DNA of 32,548 bases from an uncultured delta proteobacterium (GCA_963729715.1 CAVSPA010000015.1:1-32548), one strand, 5' to 3'; counted from the stretch's first letter, positions 18,421 to 29,299 are shown. Translations and numbers: made by a program. The notes: generated from the letters alone by a model not told the origin.

Positions 18421-19495
18421 GCTGAGAACAATCTGGTACTCCGAAACTGATGCATCCCTGCTGACCCCCCTGACACTGATTCTATTCTTCCTATCCCTAT
18501 TCTACCGTTCCGTCATCAACTTGAAAAACCGCATGTATGATTGTGGCATCTTTAAGCAGACTAAGTTCCCCTGCAAGGTCATCAGCATTGGAAACATAAC
18601 CGTTGGCGGCACCGGTAAGACTCCAACGGTGATTATGTTGGCAAAGTCGCTGAAGGAAAAGGGATACAGGCCGGCCGTATTGAGCAGGGGATATGGGGGA
18701 AAGGCCAAATCCCCTGTGAACGTCGTGTCAGACGGTTCAAAAATCCTGATGGAACAGATTGAGGCCGGAGATGAACCGATCCTCATCGCAAAAGCTGCTG
18801 AGGGGATACCGGTGCTTACAGGACTGGAAAGGATCGACACAGCGAAGTTCGCCATAGAAAAACTAAAAGCAAATGTCCTGATCCTTGATGATGCATTCCA
18901 GCACAGACGTATCTTCAGGGATATGGATATTGTCATACTAAATCGGGAACTACCCTTCGGAAACGGTTTCCTGCTCCCCAGAGGACCACTTCGGGAACCA
19001 ACAGGAGCATTGAAGCGCGCCCACTTTGTCATATGGAGGGACAGCGCCAGAGATGGCCGTTATCCAAAATACCAGGAGCAGGGCATCGGCTGGTTCCTTC
19101 CTGTCCTCTCGGTGTACCTGCGACCGAAGGATATCATATGCGCCGATACGGGAGAGGTATATTCCCTGGAATTCATCAAAGGGAAGAAAGTATGTGCCTT
19201 TGCCGGAATTGCGTCGCCGGAGGCATTCAGGAGAACCGCCGAATCTTTAGGTTGGCGCGTGACAAGTTTTATTGACTTCCCCGATCATTACCAATATACC
19301 GAAGCAGATATTTCGTATATTCGGAAAAGATGCATCGATTCCTCTTCTGATGTTATTATCACGACAGAAAAGGACGGGGTTCGTTTGACAGGCTTTCCCG
19401 ATTTTTTGAAAGATGTCTTTCTTCTGCGGGTGGAGATGGAAATGCTCCCCTCCCGGGAGGAATTTGAAGCGCTGCTTTTCGAGAGACTGAAATGA
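18383..19495 (+). CDS. lpxK: Tetraacyldisaccharide 4'-kinase
   Basis: SIGNITVGGTGKTP, LSRGYG, GDEP, LDDAFQH, LLPRGPLRE, FPDHY, TTEKD. Confidence 0.95.
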   Translation: MKTGTALKKLPTKLRTIWYSETDASLLTPLTLILFFLSLFYRSVINLKNRMYDCGIFKQTKFPCKVISIGNITVGGTGKTPTVIMLAKSLKEKGYRPAVLSRGYGGKAKSPVNVVSDGSKILMEQIEAGDEPILIAKAAEGIPVLTGLERIDTAKFAIEKLKANVLILDDAFQHRRIFRDMDIVILNRELPFGNGFLLPRGPLREPTGALKRAHFVIWRDSARDGRYPKYQEQGIGWFLPVLSVYLRPKDIICADTGEVYSLEFIKGKKVCAFAGIASPEAFRRTAESLGWRVTSFIDFPDHYQYTEADISYIRKRCIDSSSDVIITTEKDGVRLTGFPDFLKDVFLLRVEMEMLPSREEFEALLFERLK

Positions 19496-20403
19496 AAAAA
19501 TCACCGGTGGTGAACATAATACTGAAGTGCTTCAGCGCCATACCCCGGGAATTAAGATGGAGTATCTCAATAGGGATCTTTCGCCTTTTTTACTATCTCT
19601 CTCCGAGGCAGAGGTTCATTACTATTCACAATCTCAGGTGCGCCTTCCCGGAGAAGAGCGCAGATGAGGTCATCGCCACCGCTAAAGGAGTATATAGGAC
19701 ACTCGGCATTGTGGCAGCGGATTTCTTTGACATCCCTTCCTTAACTAAGGAAAACATCGGCGATCTGGTTGAGGTCGAAGGACTTGAGCATTTGAAAAAG
19801 GCGGTAGAGATGAACAGAGGCGTCCTCATGTTTGGCGCCCACTTTGGCAACTGGGAACTCGGGGCTGCAGCCATACCTATAATATTAAAGCCTTCAGCCG
19901 TTATCTATCGTCCTCTGGACAATTCTATCCTTGATAATCTCGTGTTATGGGTGAGGTCCTCAACCGGCAATAAGCCCGTACCTAAAGAACACGCCATGAG
20001 ACAGATGCTCCGCATCCTAAAAAAAAACGAAATTCTTGGTATCATGATTGATCAGAACATGGCCTGGCAGGAGGGAGTATTTGTGGATTTTTTCGGAAGA
20101 CCTGCCTGTACCACCAACGGGCTGGCGCATCTTGCCCTTCGCACGGAAGCGCCTGTTATCCCCGGGTATATAGTGAGGCTGGAAAATGGCAATTACAGGC
20201 TTGTTTTCAAGGAAGCGATGGAGATCATCCGCACAGGCGACGATGATGAAGACATACTCATCAACACACAGAATTTCACCAGGGTCATAGAAGCCACGAT
20301 CAGGGAGTACCCGGATCAATGGCTCTGGATCCATCAGAGATGGAAGACCAAACCCTGGCAGGTAGTGAAGAAGTATGTGGAAGAAGGCACCTCCAACAGA
20401 TGA
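19492..20403 (+). CDS. lpxL: Lipid A late acyltransferase (HtrB/LpxL family)
   Basis: AHFGNWE, IDQN, VDFFG, YPDQWLWIHQRWKT. Confidence 0.88.
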   Translation: MKKSPVVNIILKCFSAIPRELRWSISIGIFRLFYYLSPRQRFITIHNLRCAFPEKSADEVIATAKGVYRTLGIVAADFFDIPSLTKENIGDLVEVEGLEHLKKAVEMNRGVLMFGAHFGNWELGAAAIPIILKPSAVIYRPLDNSILDNLVLWVRSSTGNKPVPKEHAMRQMLRILKKNEILGIMIDQNMAWQEGVFVDFFGRPACTTNGLAHLALRTEAPVIPGYIVRLENGNYRLVFKEAMEIIRTGDDDEDILINTQNFTRVIEATIREYPDQWLWIHQRWKTKPWQVVKKYVEEGTSNR

Positions 20404-21458
20404 AAGTCAGAATCTCAACACGCACTCCCTTTGACAGGGCAAGAAATATTCTGATACGTGGAACAAACTGGATCGGAGACGCAATCATGACGCTCCCCGC
20501 AGTCCGTGCCATCAGAAGTACCTTTCCCGCTGCGCGGATATCTGTTCTCGCAAAGCCGTGGGTTGCAGAGATATTTCACCTTTGCCCGGACGTTGATGAG
20601 GTTATCGTATTTCAAAGCCCCGGCTCTCATTCAGGCATAACCGGAAAACTGAGACTGGCAAAGGAACTGAAAGCCAGGAAATTTGATACCGCAATACTCC
20701 TACAGAATGCCATAGAGGCAGCCATCATACCCTGCCTGGCTGGCATTCCTGTGCGGTGCGGATATAACTCCGATGCGAGGGGGTTGCTACTAACACATTC
20801 CGTCCAGAGGACAGAGGCCATAAGGAAAGTGCACCAGATCCATTACTACCTGGAGATGGTAAAATCTCTCGGATGCCTTTCGGCAGAAGCAACCGTTCAT
20901 CTTCATCCCGGAAATGAATATCAGATTTTATCGGAAAAGATATTCGGCGAACATAGTATCGGAAGGGAAAGGTTCCTTATAGGCCTGGCGCCGGGGGCCA
21001 CTTACGGGCCTGCGAAGAGGTGGCTTCCGGAGAGGTTCGCCGCCGTTGGTGACAGATTGGTTGAAGACCTTTCTGGGCAGGTAATTCTTTTTGGAAGTCG
21101 TGAAGACAGGCAAACCACCGCCCTCGTAGAGCGGCTTGCCCATCATCCGATGATCAACCTTGCCGGGAAAACAAATCTGAAGGAGGCTATAGCAGTTATT
21201 TCCAGATGCGGCCTTTTTATATCCAACGATTCCGGCCTGATGCATGTTGCCGGGGCTTTAAACGTTCCCACGGTCGCCGTTTTCGGATCGACAAATCCCG
21301 TCACCACCTCCCCCGTCGGAGAGAGAAGTGTAGTAATCTACAAAGGTGCATCATGCAGCCCGTGCCTCAAGGAGACGTGCCCTACAGATTTCAGATGCAT
21401 GGACGTCATCGGTGCTAATGAAGTTTGTGAAATTGCCAGAGGTCTTTTGACACAATGA
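20400..21458 (+). CDS. waaF: LPS heptosyltransferase II (GT9)
   Basis: ATG 20400 overlapping the lpxL stop; NWIGDAIM, PGATYGPAKRW, SNDSGLMH, CSPC motif. Confidence 0.92.
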   Translation: MKVRISTRTPFDRARNILIRGTNWIGDAIMTLPAVRAIRSTFPAARISVLAKPWVAEIFHLCPDVDEVIVFQSPGSHSGITGKLRLAKELKARKFDTAILLQNAIEAAIIPCLAGIPVRCGYNSDARGLLLTHSVQRTEAIRKVHQIHYYLEMVKSLGCLSAEATVHLHPGNEYQILSEKIFGEHSIGRERFLIGLAPGATYGPAKRWLPERFAAVGDRLVEDLSGQVILFGSREDRQTTALVERLAHHPMINLAGKTNLKEAIAVISRCGLFISNDSGLMHVAGALNVPTVAVFGSTNPVTTSPVGERSVVIYKGASCSPCLKETCPTDFRCMDVIGANEVCEIARGLLTQ

Positions 21459-22063
21459 AAAAGAATACGGCAGTTTTTCTGGATAGGGATGGCACGATCA
21501 ACGAGGAGGTGGGATACCTGGACAGCATTGACAAACTGAAGCTATTTGCCAATGCAGCAGAAGCAATTAGGCTGATCAATGAAAGCGGCATGAAGACAGT
21601 GGTGATTACCAATCAGTCAGGGGTAGCAAAGGGATATTTCACCGAGGAATTTGTCCGAACGGTTCACGCGCACATCCAGGAAGGGCTACGGGAGAGAGGC
21701 GCATTCATTGATGCTTTTTACTACTGCCCTCATCACCGGACGGAAGGTATCGGTGTTTATCTGCAGTCCTGTGCATGCAGGAAACCGGAGGCGGGAATGC
21801 TTATACAGGCATCGAAAGAGCTCGCGATCGACCTTCGGCGTTCTTACACGGTGGGAGACATGCTCAAGGACGTCCAGGTGGCACGTGCAGTAGGAGCGAA
21901 AGGAATCCTTGTCAAGACAGGTTATGGTATAAAAACCATAGAGAAAGACTTAGCGTCGAATTCTTCAAAAATCTGCCGGCCGAATTACATCGCAGAAGAT
22001 ATTCTCGATGCTGTTAAGTGGATCATAAAGGACCAGAAAAAGAGACCCCGGAAAAAGCTTTAG
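21455..22063 (+). CDS. gmhB: D-glycero-D-manno-heptose 1,7-bisphosphate phosphatase
   Basis: FLDRDGTIN, TNQSG, CPHH, CRKP, VGD, TGYG. Confidence 0.93.
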   Translation: MKKNTAVFLDRDGTINEEVGYLDSIDKLKLFANAAEAIRLINESGMKTVVITNQSGVAKGYFTEEFVRTVHAHIQEGLRERGAFIDAFYYCPHHRTEGIGVYLQSCACRKPEAGMLIQASKELAIDLRRSYTVGDMLKDVQVARAVGAKGILVKTGYGIKTIEKDLASNSSKICRPNYIAEDILDAVKWIIKDQKKRPRKKL

Positions 22064-22107
22064 GCTATCATTGTGATTATATGGAGTGATCTCATAAGAC
22101 ATTTTGC

Positions 22108-23142
22108 ATGAATATTCTGATTGTAAAATTAAGCGCCATCGGCGACGTTATCCATACCCTTCCCTCTTTGGCCGCCCTCAGAAGGCTCTATCCTGAAGCA
22201 CACATCACCTGGGTCATTGAAGATGCCTCTTCAGACCTCATTGCGGGCCACCCATATCTGGACAGAGTCATAGTGTCCCACAGGAAACAATGGGTGAGGA
22301 ACCTGAAAAAGGGCCGCATCACAAAGCCCCTAAGAGAAATTAGAGCCTTCATCGATGATCTGAGAAGGCGGCCTTACGATCTGGTAATTGATTTTCACGG
22401 ACTAATCAAGAGCGCCGCAATTGTCCTTCTCAGTTCCGGCAAAAGAAAACTCGGGTATGATAGCATGCAGGAACTCAGCGGTCTCTTTCTAAATGAAAAG
22501 ATCCCAGAAGACATGCATAAGCACGCCGTTGACCGATACCTTGATTTTCTCCGTTATCTCGGTGCAGATGTCGGAAAGCCGGAATTCTTGATCCCCATCG
22601 GGGAAGAAAATATAAACAGGGCTGGAGAGCTCCTGCAAAGAAACGAGATTGACAAGAAGGACTCTTTTGTGGCAGTAAGTCCTGCGGCCCTGTGGGACAC
22701 CAAACTTTGGGCGGATGAGAGATTCGCCGCATTGAGCGACCGGATTTCAGAAGAGCTGAAGGTCAGTGTTGTCTTTACGGGAAGCGAGCGCGGCAAATTG
22801 GAGAACATTCAATCCCTGATGAAGACGCCCTCCGTTAACCTGGGAGGGAAAACGACGCTACGGGACTTGGCCTATCTTTATCAGCGATCCGCGCTCCTGA
22901 TCACCACAGACTCAGGTCCCATGCACATTGCGGCAGCTGTGGGCACGCCCGTTATCGCCCTTTTCGGTCCTACTGATCCACTTAGAACGGGACCATACGG
23001 TAAAGGGCACTTAGTTATACGAAGGGGATTACCCTGCAGCCCCTGTTTCCTGAAGAAGTGCGACTCTATGAAATGCATGTCCGACATTAGCGTTGATGAG
23101 GTCTTTCATGCGGTGAAAGAAAAATTATCGGGGCGAGGATGA
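22108..23142 (+). CDS. waaC: GT9 LPS heptosyltransferase, WaaC-like
   Basis: ILIVKLSAIGDVIH, DSGPMHIAAA, FGPT..RTGPYG; WaaC assignment within GT9 is by inference. Confidence 0.75.
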   Translation: MNILIVKLSAIGDVIHTLPSLAALRRLYPEAHITWVIEDASSDLIAGHPYLDRVIVSHRKQWVRNLKKGRITKPLREIRAFIDDLRRRPYDLVIDFHGLIKSAAIVLLSSGKRKLGYDSMQELSGLFLNEKIPEDMHKHAVDRYLDFLRYLGADVGKPEFLIPIGEENINRAGELLQRNEIDKKDSFVAVSPAALWDTKLWADERFAALSDRISEELKVSVVFTGSERGKLENIQSLMKTPSVNLGGKTTLRDLAYLYQRSALLITTDSGPMHIAAAVGTPVIALFGPTDPLRTGPYGKGHLVIRRGLPCSPCFLKKCDSMKCMSDISVDEVFHAVKEKLSGRG

Positions 23143-23753
23143 ATACTATGCTGAAAGTGAGACGGTCCGCAAAGCTAAACATTTTTATTGTTGTCGTTAT
23201 TGTTCTTACTGCAAACTATGCTTATTGTGAAGAAGCGCGGAAAGAAGGTAGTACCAGTGACAGATTCTTTACTGAGATGGGATTTATCGCCGGATTCGGA
23301 AGCGGCAACATTCCAGAAGGTACCTATCAGCCTATATTGCTGATCGGCCATTTCGGAGTCGATATGAAAAGATATTTCCAGGGATTGAAAGATCACCGGG
23401 GAACGCTCTCCTTTTTTCTCGAACCCCAGTTCAATCCCGTTTTCAGTCCGCGGACTGACTTCGAATTGGGCATTGGTGTTGGCATCCAGTACATGTATCC
23501 AATCCTGGACAAATTATCTATTTACGTCCTCGGAAGTGTCGGGCCGCATTATATTTCCTTAGTTACAATTCAACAGGCGAGCGGCTTTATTTTCGCCGAC
23601 ACTGTCGGTGCCGGGTTCTATTACTATCTCACAAAGGACTCAGCCATCAACGTAGGTTACCGGCTGCGGCATATTTCCAATGCAAATCTTTCAGACCCAA
23701 ATCTCGGCATCAACACCAATTTTGGAGTTATAGGCTACTCGGTCTTTTTTTGA
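23139..23753 (+). CDS. pagL: PagL-family lipid A deacylase / acyloxyacyl hydrolase (beta-barrel)
   Basis: Signal peptide, amphipathic beta strands, GYRLRHISNA (HxSNA) and NLGIN motifs, C-terminal Phe. Confidence 0.8.
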   Translation: MNTMLKVRRSAKLNIFIVVVIVLTANYAYCEEARKEGSTSDRFFTEMGFIAGFGSGNIPEGTYQPILLIGHFGVDMKRYFQGLKDHRGTLSFFLEPQFNPVFSPRTDFELGIGVGIQYMYPILDKLSIYVLGSVGPHYISLVTIQQASGFIFADTVGAGFYYYLTKDSAINVGYRLRHISNANLSDPNLGINTNFGVIGYSVFF

Positions 23754-23816
23754 TTGATTTCTCCCCGGACGGGGATAAAAAGGTTGATACGGCAGAATTA
23801 TAAGGGAGGGACGAAT

Positions 23817-23987
23817 TTGGCGATAAGCAAAGAACTGCTGGATATTCTGGTATGCCCCAAGTGCAAGGGTGATATCCGCCTCAACGAATCGGGAGATGGA
23901 TTGATCTGCGATAAGTGTAAACTGTTATATGAGATCAAAGACGATATCCCGATTATGTTGATTGATGAGGCGAAGAAACTGCCCTAA
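23817..23987 (+). CDS. Trm112/YcaR family small protein
   Basis: TTG start after GGGAGG; LLDILVCPKCKG..C..C..YEIKDDIPIML. Confidence 0.9.
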   Translation: MAISKELLDILVCPKCKGDIRLNESGDGLICDKCKLLYEIKDDIPIMLIDEAKKLP

Positions 23988-24119
23988 CTAGAGGCATTTG
24001 TATATTTCAAGACGTGATCGTATTTTTTTCCTGACTTGCTTTATCCCGTCTGCAATAATCAGCCGCTGATGGAAACTCGAAGCGTTCCGTAAGAACCCCC
24101 AGTATCATAAGCTCCATGT

Positions 24120-25079
<960 letters not shown>

Positions 25080-25107
25080 TCAGAGGATCTGTCATGCGAA
25101 CACGCAA

Positions 25108-26133
25108 CTACCGTACGTTATCGGCACGTTTGTAACCTGCATCGCGCAGTGTTTTTTCCTTACTTGCAAGTTCCATGTCCGCCTCCACCATCATGTCCAC
25201 GAGCTCGTCAAAACCCACCTTCGGTTTCCAACCTAGGGTCTTCCTCGCCTTTGCTGCGTCACCAAGGAGAATATTTACGTCCGTGGGGCGGAAGTATCTT
25301 GAATCAATTTCTACGTACTTCTGATAGTCCAGCGCCAGCTTTTGAAAGACCTTTTCCAGGAATTCTCTCACTGAATGAGTTTCTCCCAAAGCAATCACAT
25401 AATCATCAGGTTTCTCATGCTGGAGAATAAGCCACATGGCTTCCACATAGTCACCCGCAAACCCCCAGTCGCGCTTCGCGTCCAGATTGCCCAGATACAG
25501 TTTCTGCTGGAGTCCCAGCTTGATTCTCGTCGCCGCCCTGGTAATCTTCCTTGTCACGAACGTCTCGCCCCGCCGGGGTGATTCATGGTTGAACAGTATC
25601 CCGTTGCATACAAAGAGCCCATAGGCATCGCGGTAGTTCTTCACGACGTAATGGGCATACACTTTGGCGGCAGCATAGGGGCTTTGGGGCTGGAAGGGCG
25701 TGTCCTCGCTCTGTGGCGGCGGCGCCGCTCCGAACATTTCACTGGAAGAAGCCTGGTAGAACCGGGTTTTTATCCCAGTCTTGCGAATAGCCTCCAGGAG
25801 ACGTAGCGTCCCCAGGCCGGTAACATCCCCGGTATACTCAGGCATGTCGAAGCTCACCCTCACATGGCTCTGGGCCCCCAGATGATATATCTCGTCAGGC
25901 CGGATCGCATGGAGGAGGTCTGTCAGTTGCCCTGAAACGGATAAGTCTCCGTAGTGGAGATGCAAGCGGGCGGAGGGATCGTGCACATCCTTGTAAAGAT
26001 GTTCGATCCTGTCAGTGTTGAAGGTGCTGGAGCGCCTGATCAGGCCGTGCACAGCATAGCCCTTATCCAAGAGGAATTCCGCCAGGTACGAACCGTCCTG
26101 CCCTGTTATGCCTGTAATGAGTGCTGTCTTCAT
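25108..26133 (-). CDS. gmd: GDP-mannose 4,6-dehydratase
   Basis: [51 protein letters not shown]. Confidence 0.97.
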   Translation of the reverse strand: MKTALITGITGQDGSYLAEFLLDKGYAVHGLIRRSSTFNTDRIEHLYKDVHDPSARLHLHYGDLSVSGQLTDLLHAIRPDEIYHLGAQSHVRVSFDMPEYTGDVTGLGTLRLLEAIRKTGIKTRFYQASSSEMFGAAPPPQSEDTPFQPQSPYAAAKVYAHYVVKNYRDAYGLFVCNGILFNHESPRRGETFVTRKITRAATRIKLGLQQKLYLGNLDAKRDWGFAGDYVEAMWLILQHEKPDDYVIALGETHSVREFLEKVFQKLALDYQKYVEIDSRYFRPTDVNILLGDAAKARKTLGWKPKVGFDELVDMMVEADMELASKEKTLRDAGYKRADNVR

Positions 26134-26225
26134 TGTCTTCCCTTTAATAACTTTGAAAAATTCTGCATTTTCATCTTGAGCCCTTAGTATGCATTTAAGG
26201 TAAGTTCAGATTTGTGACACGGGAT

Positions 26226-26289
26226 ATCCGGTGCTTCGCATCTAAGAGGTGTATCCGTTCAAGAGCGGATACGTTTAGCATGCACGGAT
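26226..26289. repeat. Extended imperfect intergenic palindrome
   Basis: Inner stem GTATCCGTT (26251-26259)/AGCGGATAC (26264-26272); outer arms ATCCGGTGC..CTAA and TTAG..GCACGGAT. Confidence 0.6.
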
Positions 26290-26377
26290 GCAAAATATCA
26301 AATATCTTTTCATTGACCATCAGGATCGCCCCTGTTATCTGCTCCCGGATGTTCTTACATGCATGGATTGATTTCCT

Positions 26378-27787
26378 TCATATGAATTTGATTTTCCTCA
26401 TTGCAAATGCCGTCATTTTCAACAATAGCCAGCCATGCCGGAACCGGTCGATCTGCGTGGATCCGTAGGTCCGCTCCCGGTACCTTATCGGAATCTCGAC
26501 AATTTGAAAGTTCAGTTTCGCGGCTCCGAAAAGCAGATCAAAGTCACCAAAAGGATCGAAATCGCCGAAGTAGCTTCGTCCTGCGACGATTTTCTCATAA
26601 TCCCTTCGCCGGAGGACTTTGGTTCCACAAAGTGTATCCCGTATTCGTTGATCGAGGAGGTAGGTGAACATTGTGCTGAAAAACTTATTCCCCAGAAGGT
26701 TCAGCGTTCGCATGGCCTCTTTTTCCATTTGATACACAAGGCGACTCCCGATGACGAGCTCTCCCTTGCCCGATACAATCGCTTCAAAAAATTTCGGGAG
26801 AGATTCCGGAGGAATGGTCAGATCGGCATCGAGAATCATGAGAACGTCGCCTTTTGCGTGCCGAAATCCCTTGCGAACCGCATCGGCCTTGCCTTTCCCA
26901 TCCTGAACCAGAACCTGAATGTCCCTGTCGGGATAGGCCTTCTGAACCCTGAAGCACTCGGCTGAGGTATCATCCTTGGAATGTCCTTCAACGAATATAA
27001 GTTCCGTGTGCCTTCCCATATCCGGGATGCGCTGTACAGCATTCTCAATATTTCCTTTTTCATTGCGGCAGGGAACTACAACGGAACATGTCGTGTCTTC
27101 CGCGTCCCCTCTTTTCTCGCAAATCCTGGCAATGACAATTTCATTCAACGCCAGCTTACGGAAGAAAGGCACTTTCACGATTATCCTGTTTAACAGAGTT
27201 GAGATAACAGGAATGTATACAGGCATGAGAATCTGATAATCTGCTTTGACAGTTTCGAAGTCACTGAGTTTCAGGATGTTTCGAATGTCTTGCAGCGGCA
27301 GCCAATGCATAATGGGCCTTCGCATCCGCAGGCCGAACCATTCGGCGAATTTCATAAGTGGCTGCCACAGGTAATTAAAGTAGACGATGATTATCCGCGT
27401 ATCCGGTTTGCAGATCTTCTTCAAGCCGTTAAGAGACGCTTGAATGTCATCTACGTAACCGATAACGTTCACGAGAAGGATATAATCGAATTTCTCGTCC
27501 GTTTGCAAAGCCTCTAAATCATCTACCCGGAATTCAACACCTGGAAATTTTTCTCTTGCCACTTCAATCATCTTCGGGCTGAAATCGATTCCGACTTTGC
27601 GTGAAGCATTTAATGATGCAATGAGACTACCGATACCGCAGCCGATCTGCAGGATTGATACACGGGCGGGGACAATAAACTTGATATAATTTGCTATGGC
27701 CCTGTGATAGTAATCCCCTCTCTTCAGCCATTTCTCTCTTTTTCCGGCGAGGGAGTCAAAATAACTTATTTTATCGTCTTTATTGAT
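26378..27787 (-). CDS. Class I SAM-methyltransferase-like / GT2 glycosyltransferase fusion with non-canonical or lost start
   Basis: Frame stays open 72 codons upstream of the ATG at 27571 and includes ILQIGCGIG..GIDFSPKMIE; C-terminal GT2 motifs VVPCRNE, LDADL, DTLCGTK, DPFGDFDLLFGA. Confidence 0.85.
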   Translation of the reverse strand: MNKDDKISYFDSLAGKREKWLKRGDYYHRAIANYIKFIVPARVSILQIGCGIGSLIASLNASRKVGIDFSPKMIEVAREKFPGVEFRVDDLEALQTDEKFDYILLVNVIGYVDDIQASLNGLKKICKPDTRIIIVYFNYLWQPLMKFAEWFGLRMRRPIMHWLPLQDIRNILKLSDFETVKADYQILMPVYIPVISTLLNRIIVKVPFFRKLALNEIVIARICEKRGDAEDTTCSVVVPCRNEKGNIENAVQRIPDMGRHTELIFVEGHSKDDTSAECFRVQKAYPDRDIQVLVQDGKGKADAVRKGFRHAKGDVLMILDADLTIPPESLPKFFEAIVSGKGELVIGSRLVYQMEKEAMRTLNLLGNKFFSTMFTYLLDQRIRDTLCGTKVLRRRDYEKIVAGRSYFGDFDPFGDFDLLFGAAKLNFQIVEIPIRYRERTYGSTQIDRFRHGWLLLKMTAFAMRKIKFI

Positions 27788-27817
27788 AGCAATATCCTCA
27801 AGAAGATTTCCCTAAAG

Positions 27818-28918
27818 TCATCTCTTCTCCAACATCTCACGGATAGCATCCTGCACTGTTCTAACTTCGAGGGTTTCGATGCATAGGCTCCGTTCCGAGC
27901 CGTCGCAGCCCTTTTTATAGCACGGCACACAATCCATGCTCGATACGACGACGCGGTGTTTATCGCCTACAGGAGCCCAATCGCGCCAATCAGAAGGACC
28001 GTAGATTGTTAACGTCGGCGTGCCCACGGCAGCGGCGATATGCGGAGCCGCGCTGTCAACCCCGAGATGGAAGCTGCTCATACTGAGCGCGCCAGCCAGT
28101 TCGGCCAGCGTCGTCTTTCCAGCAAGGTTGTACACAGTGCCGTTACACTTGTTCGCCAGTTCTCCAGCTTTGGCCTCATCCCCTTTACTGCCGACAATAG
28201 CGGCAGCAATGCGAAACTCGTCCCACAGCCAATTGATGACACTGACCCATTTATGATCCGCCCATTCCTTGTGCGGCCACCGGGAGAATGGATTAACGGT
28301 AATCCACCGATAGGAGGGGTCGGATGCTACTGGTTTCATGTTGCACTCGGCGAGCACCTCGTAGACCCGCGCCATCACCTGATCGGAAACCCAGAGTTTG
28401 GGGACTGTCGTTTTCCCGGTAATGCCAAAACCCCTGACTATACTCAGGGATTGTTCTGCGGCGCCTAATATGCGCTCTTTGGGAGTGGGAAGCCCAATGA
28501 GAAGATGCGTAAACAGCCGGTTTCGCCAGAAGGGAACTGCGGTGTAATGGAGCGAGCCTCTTATGGCAGCGCCGGTCAGGCGTGCCATGATCGCCCCTCG
28601 ATCGCCGGAACGAAGATCAAATACTAGGTCAAATTGCTCATTACGCAACTTTTTGACCAACTGCAGTTGATAAGTAATATTTGAGAGAAGATTACCCTGG
28701 GTGCTTTTTACCTCAAAAATTTTATGGATCGACGGATCTGCCTCCAGAAGGCATCCGAAGCTTTCCCGAAGAAGAACCGATACATTGGCCTGTGGATAGG
28801 ATTCCTTAACAGCCCACAATGTCGGCGTCGTCCAGACTACATCCCCGATATCGCCCAGTTGGATCACAAGGATGTTTTTGATGTCTCCCTTAACTTTAAA
28901 ATATTCCTTAATAAGCAT
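27818..28918 (-). CDS. GT9 glycosyltransferase (heptosyltransferase III-like)
   Basis: ILVIQLGDIGDVV, KEW, NLAGKTTL, DSAAPHIAAAVG, YGPS, CVPC motif. Confidence 0.88.
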   Translation of the reverse strand: MLIKEYFKVKGDIKNILVIQLGDIGDVVWTTPTLWAVKESYPQANVSVLLRESFGCLLEADPSIHKIFEVKSTQGNLLSNITYQLQLVKKLRNEQFDLVFDLRSGDRGAIMARLTGAAIRGSLHYTAVPFWRNRLFTHLLIGLPTPKERILGAAEQSLSIVRGFGITGKTTVPKLWVSDQVMARVYEVLAECNMKPVASDPSYRWITVNPFSRWPHKEWADHKWVSVINWLWDEFRIAAAIVGSKGDEAKAGELANKCNGTVYNLAGKTTLAELAGALSMSSFHLGVDSAAPHIAAAVGTPTLTIYGPSDWRDWAPVGDKHRVVVSSMDCVPCYKKGCDGSERSLCIETLEVRTVQDAIREMLEKR

Positions 28919-29098
28919 ATTGGCTTAACCGAATTAATCAATTCAAGAACTTTGAAAAATTACAAAACCTTTGCACAACGCTGATTAGCTTTTCATGCAT
29001 ACTTTTATATTTTGTATCGACATCGCAGAGTTAGTTTACTCATCTTGCCGGATATATGGCGAATGTTCGAGGCGCCATAGTATGGCCATCATGGCAAC

Positions 29099-29237
29099 AG
29101 ACCTTTGCACAACTGGCTTCCCGTCATTGCCAGGCACCCATGCGCCGTGGCAATCTCTTTAATAATCAATGCTGTATAAGATTGCTTCGTCGGCCCCAGG
29201 CCTCCTCGCAATGACAAATAGGACGTTATGCAAAGCT
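29099..29237. mobile_element. MITE/REP-like palindromic element
   Basis: Ends CTTTGCACAAC (29103-29113) and GTTATGCAAAG (29225-29235), 10/11 complementary; nested GTCATTGC (29123)/GCAATGAC (29208) and GCAATCT (29150)/AGATTGC (29179). Confidence 0.75.
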
Positions 29238-29299
29238 TGGCAAATACGTCTCTAATCATCATCATTACCGAAATATTTCTTTATTCAATGGTCACTTTA

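Noticed and set aside
20319..20399. Longer waaF N-terminus from the ORF track
   Set aside because: Overlaps lpxL by 85 nt; ATG at 20400 gives the usual ATGA coupling
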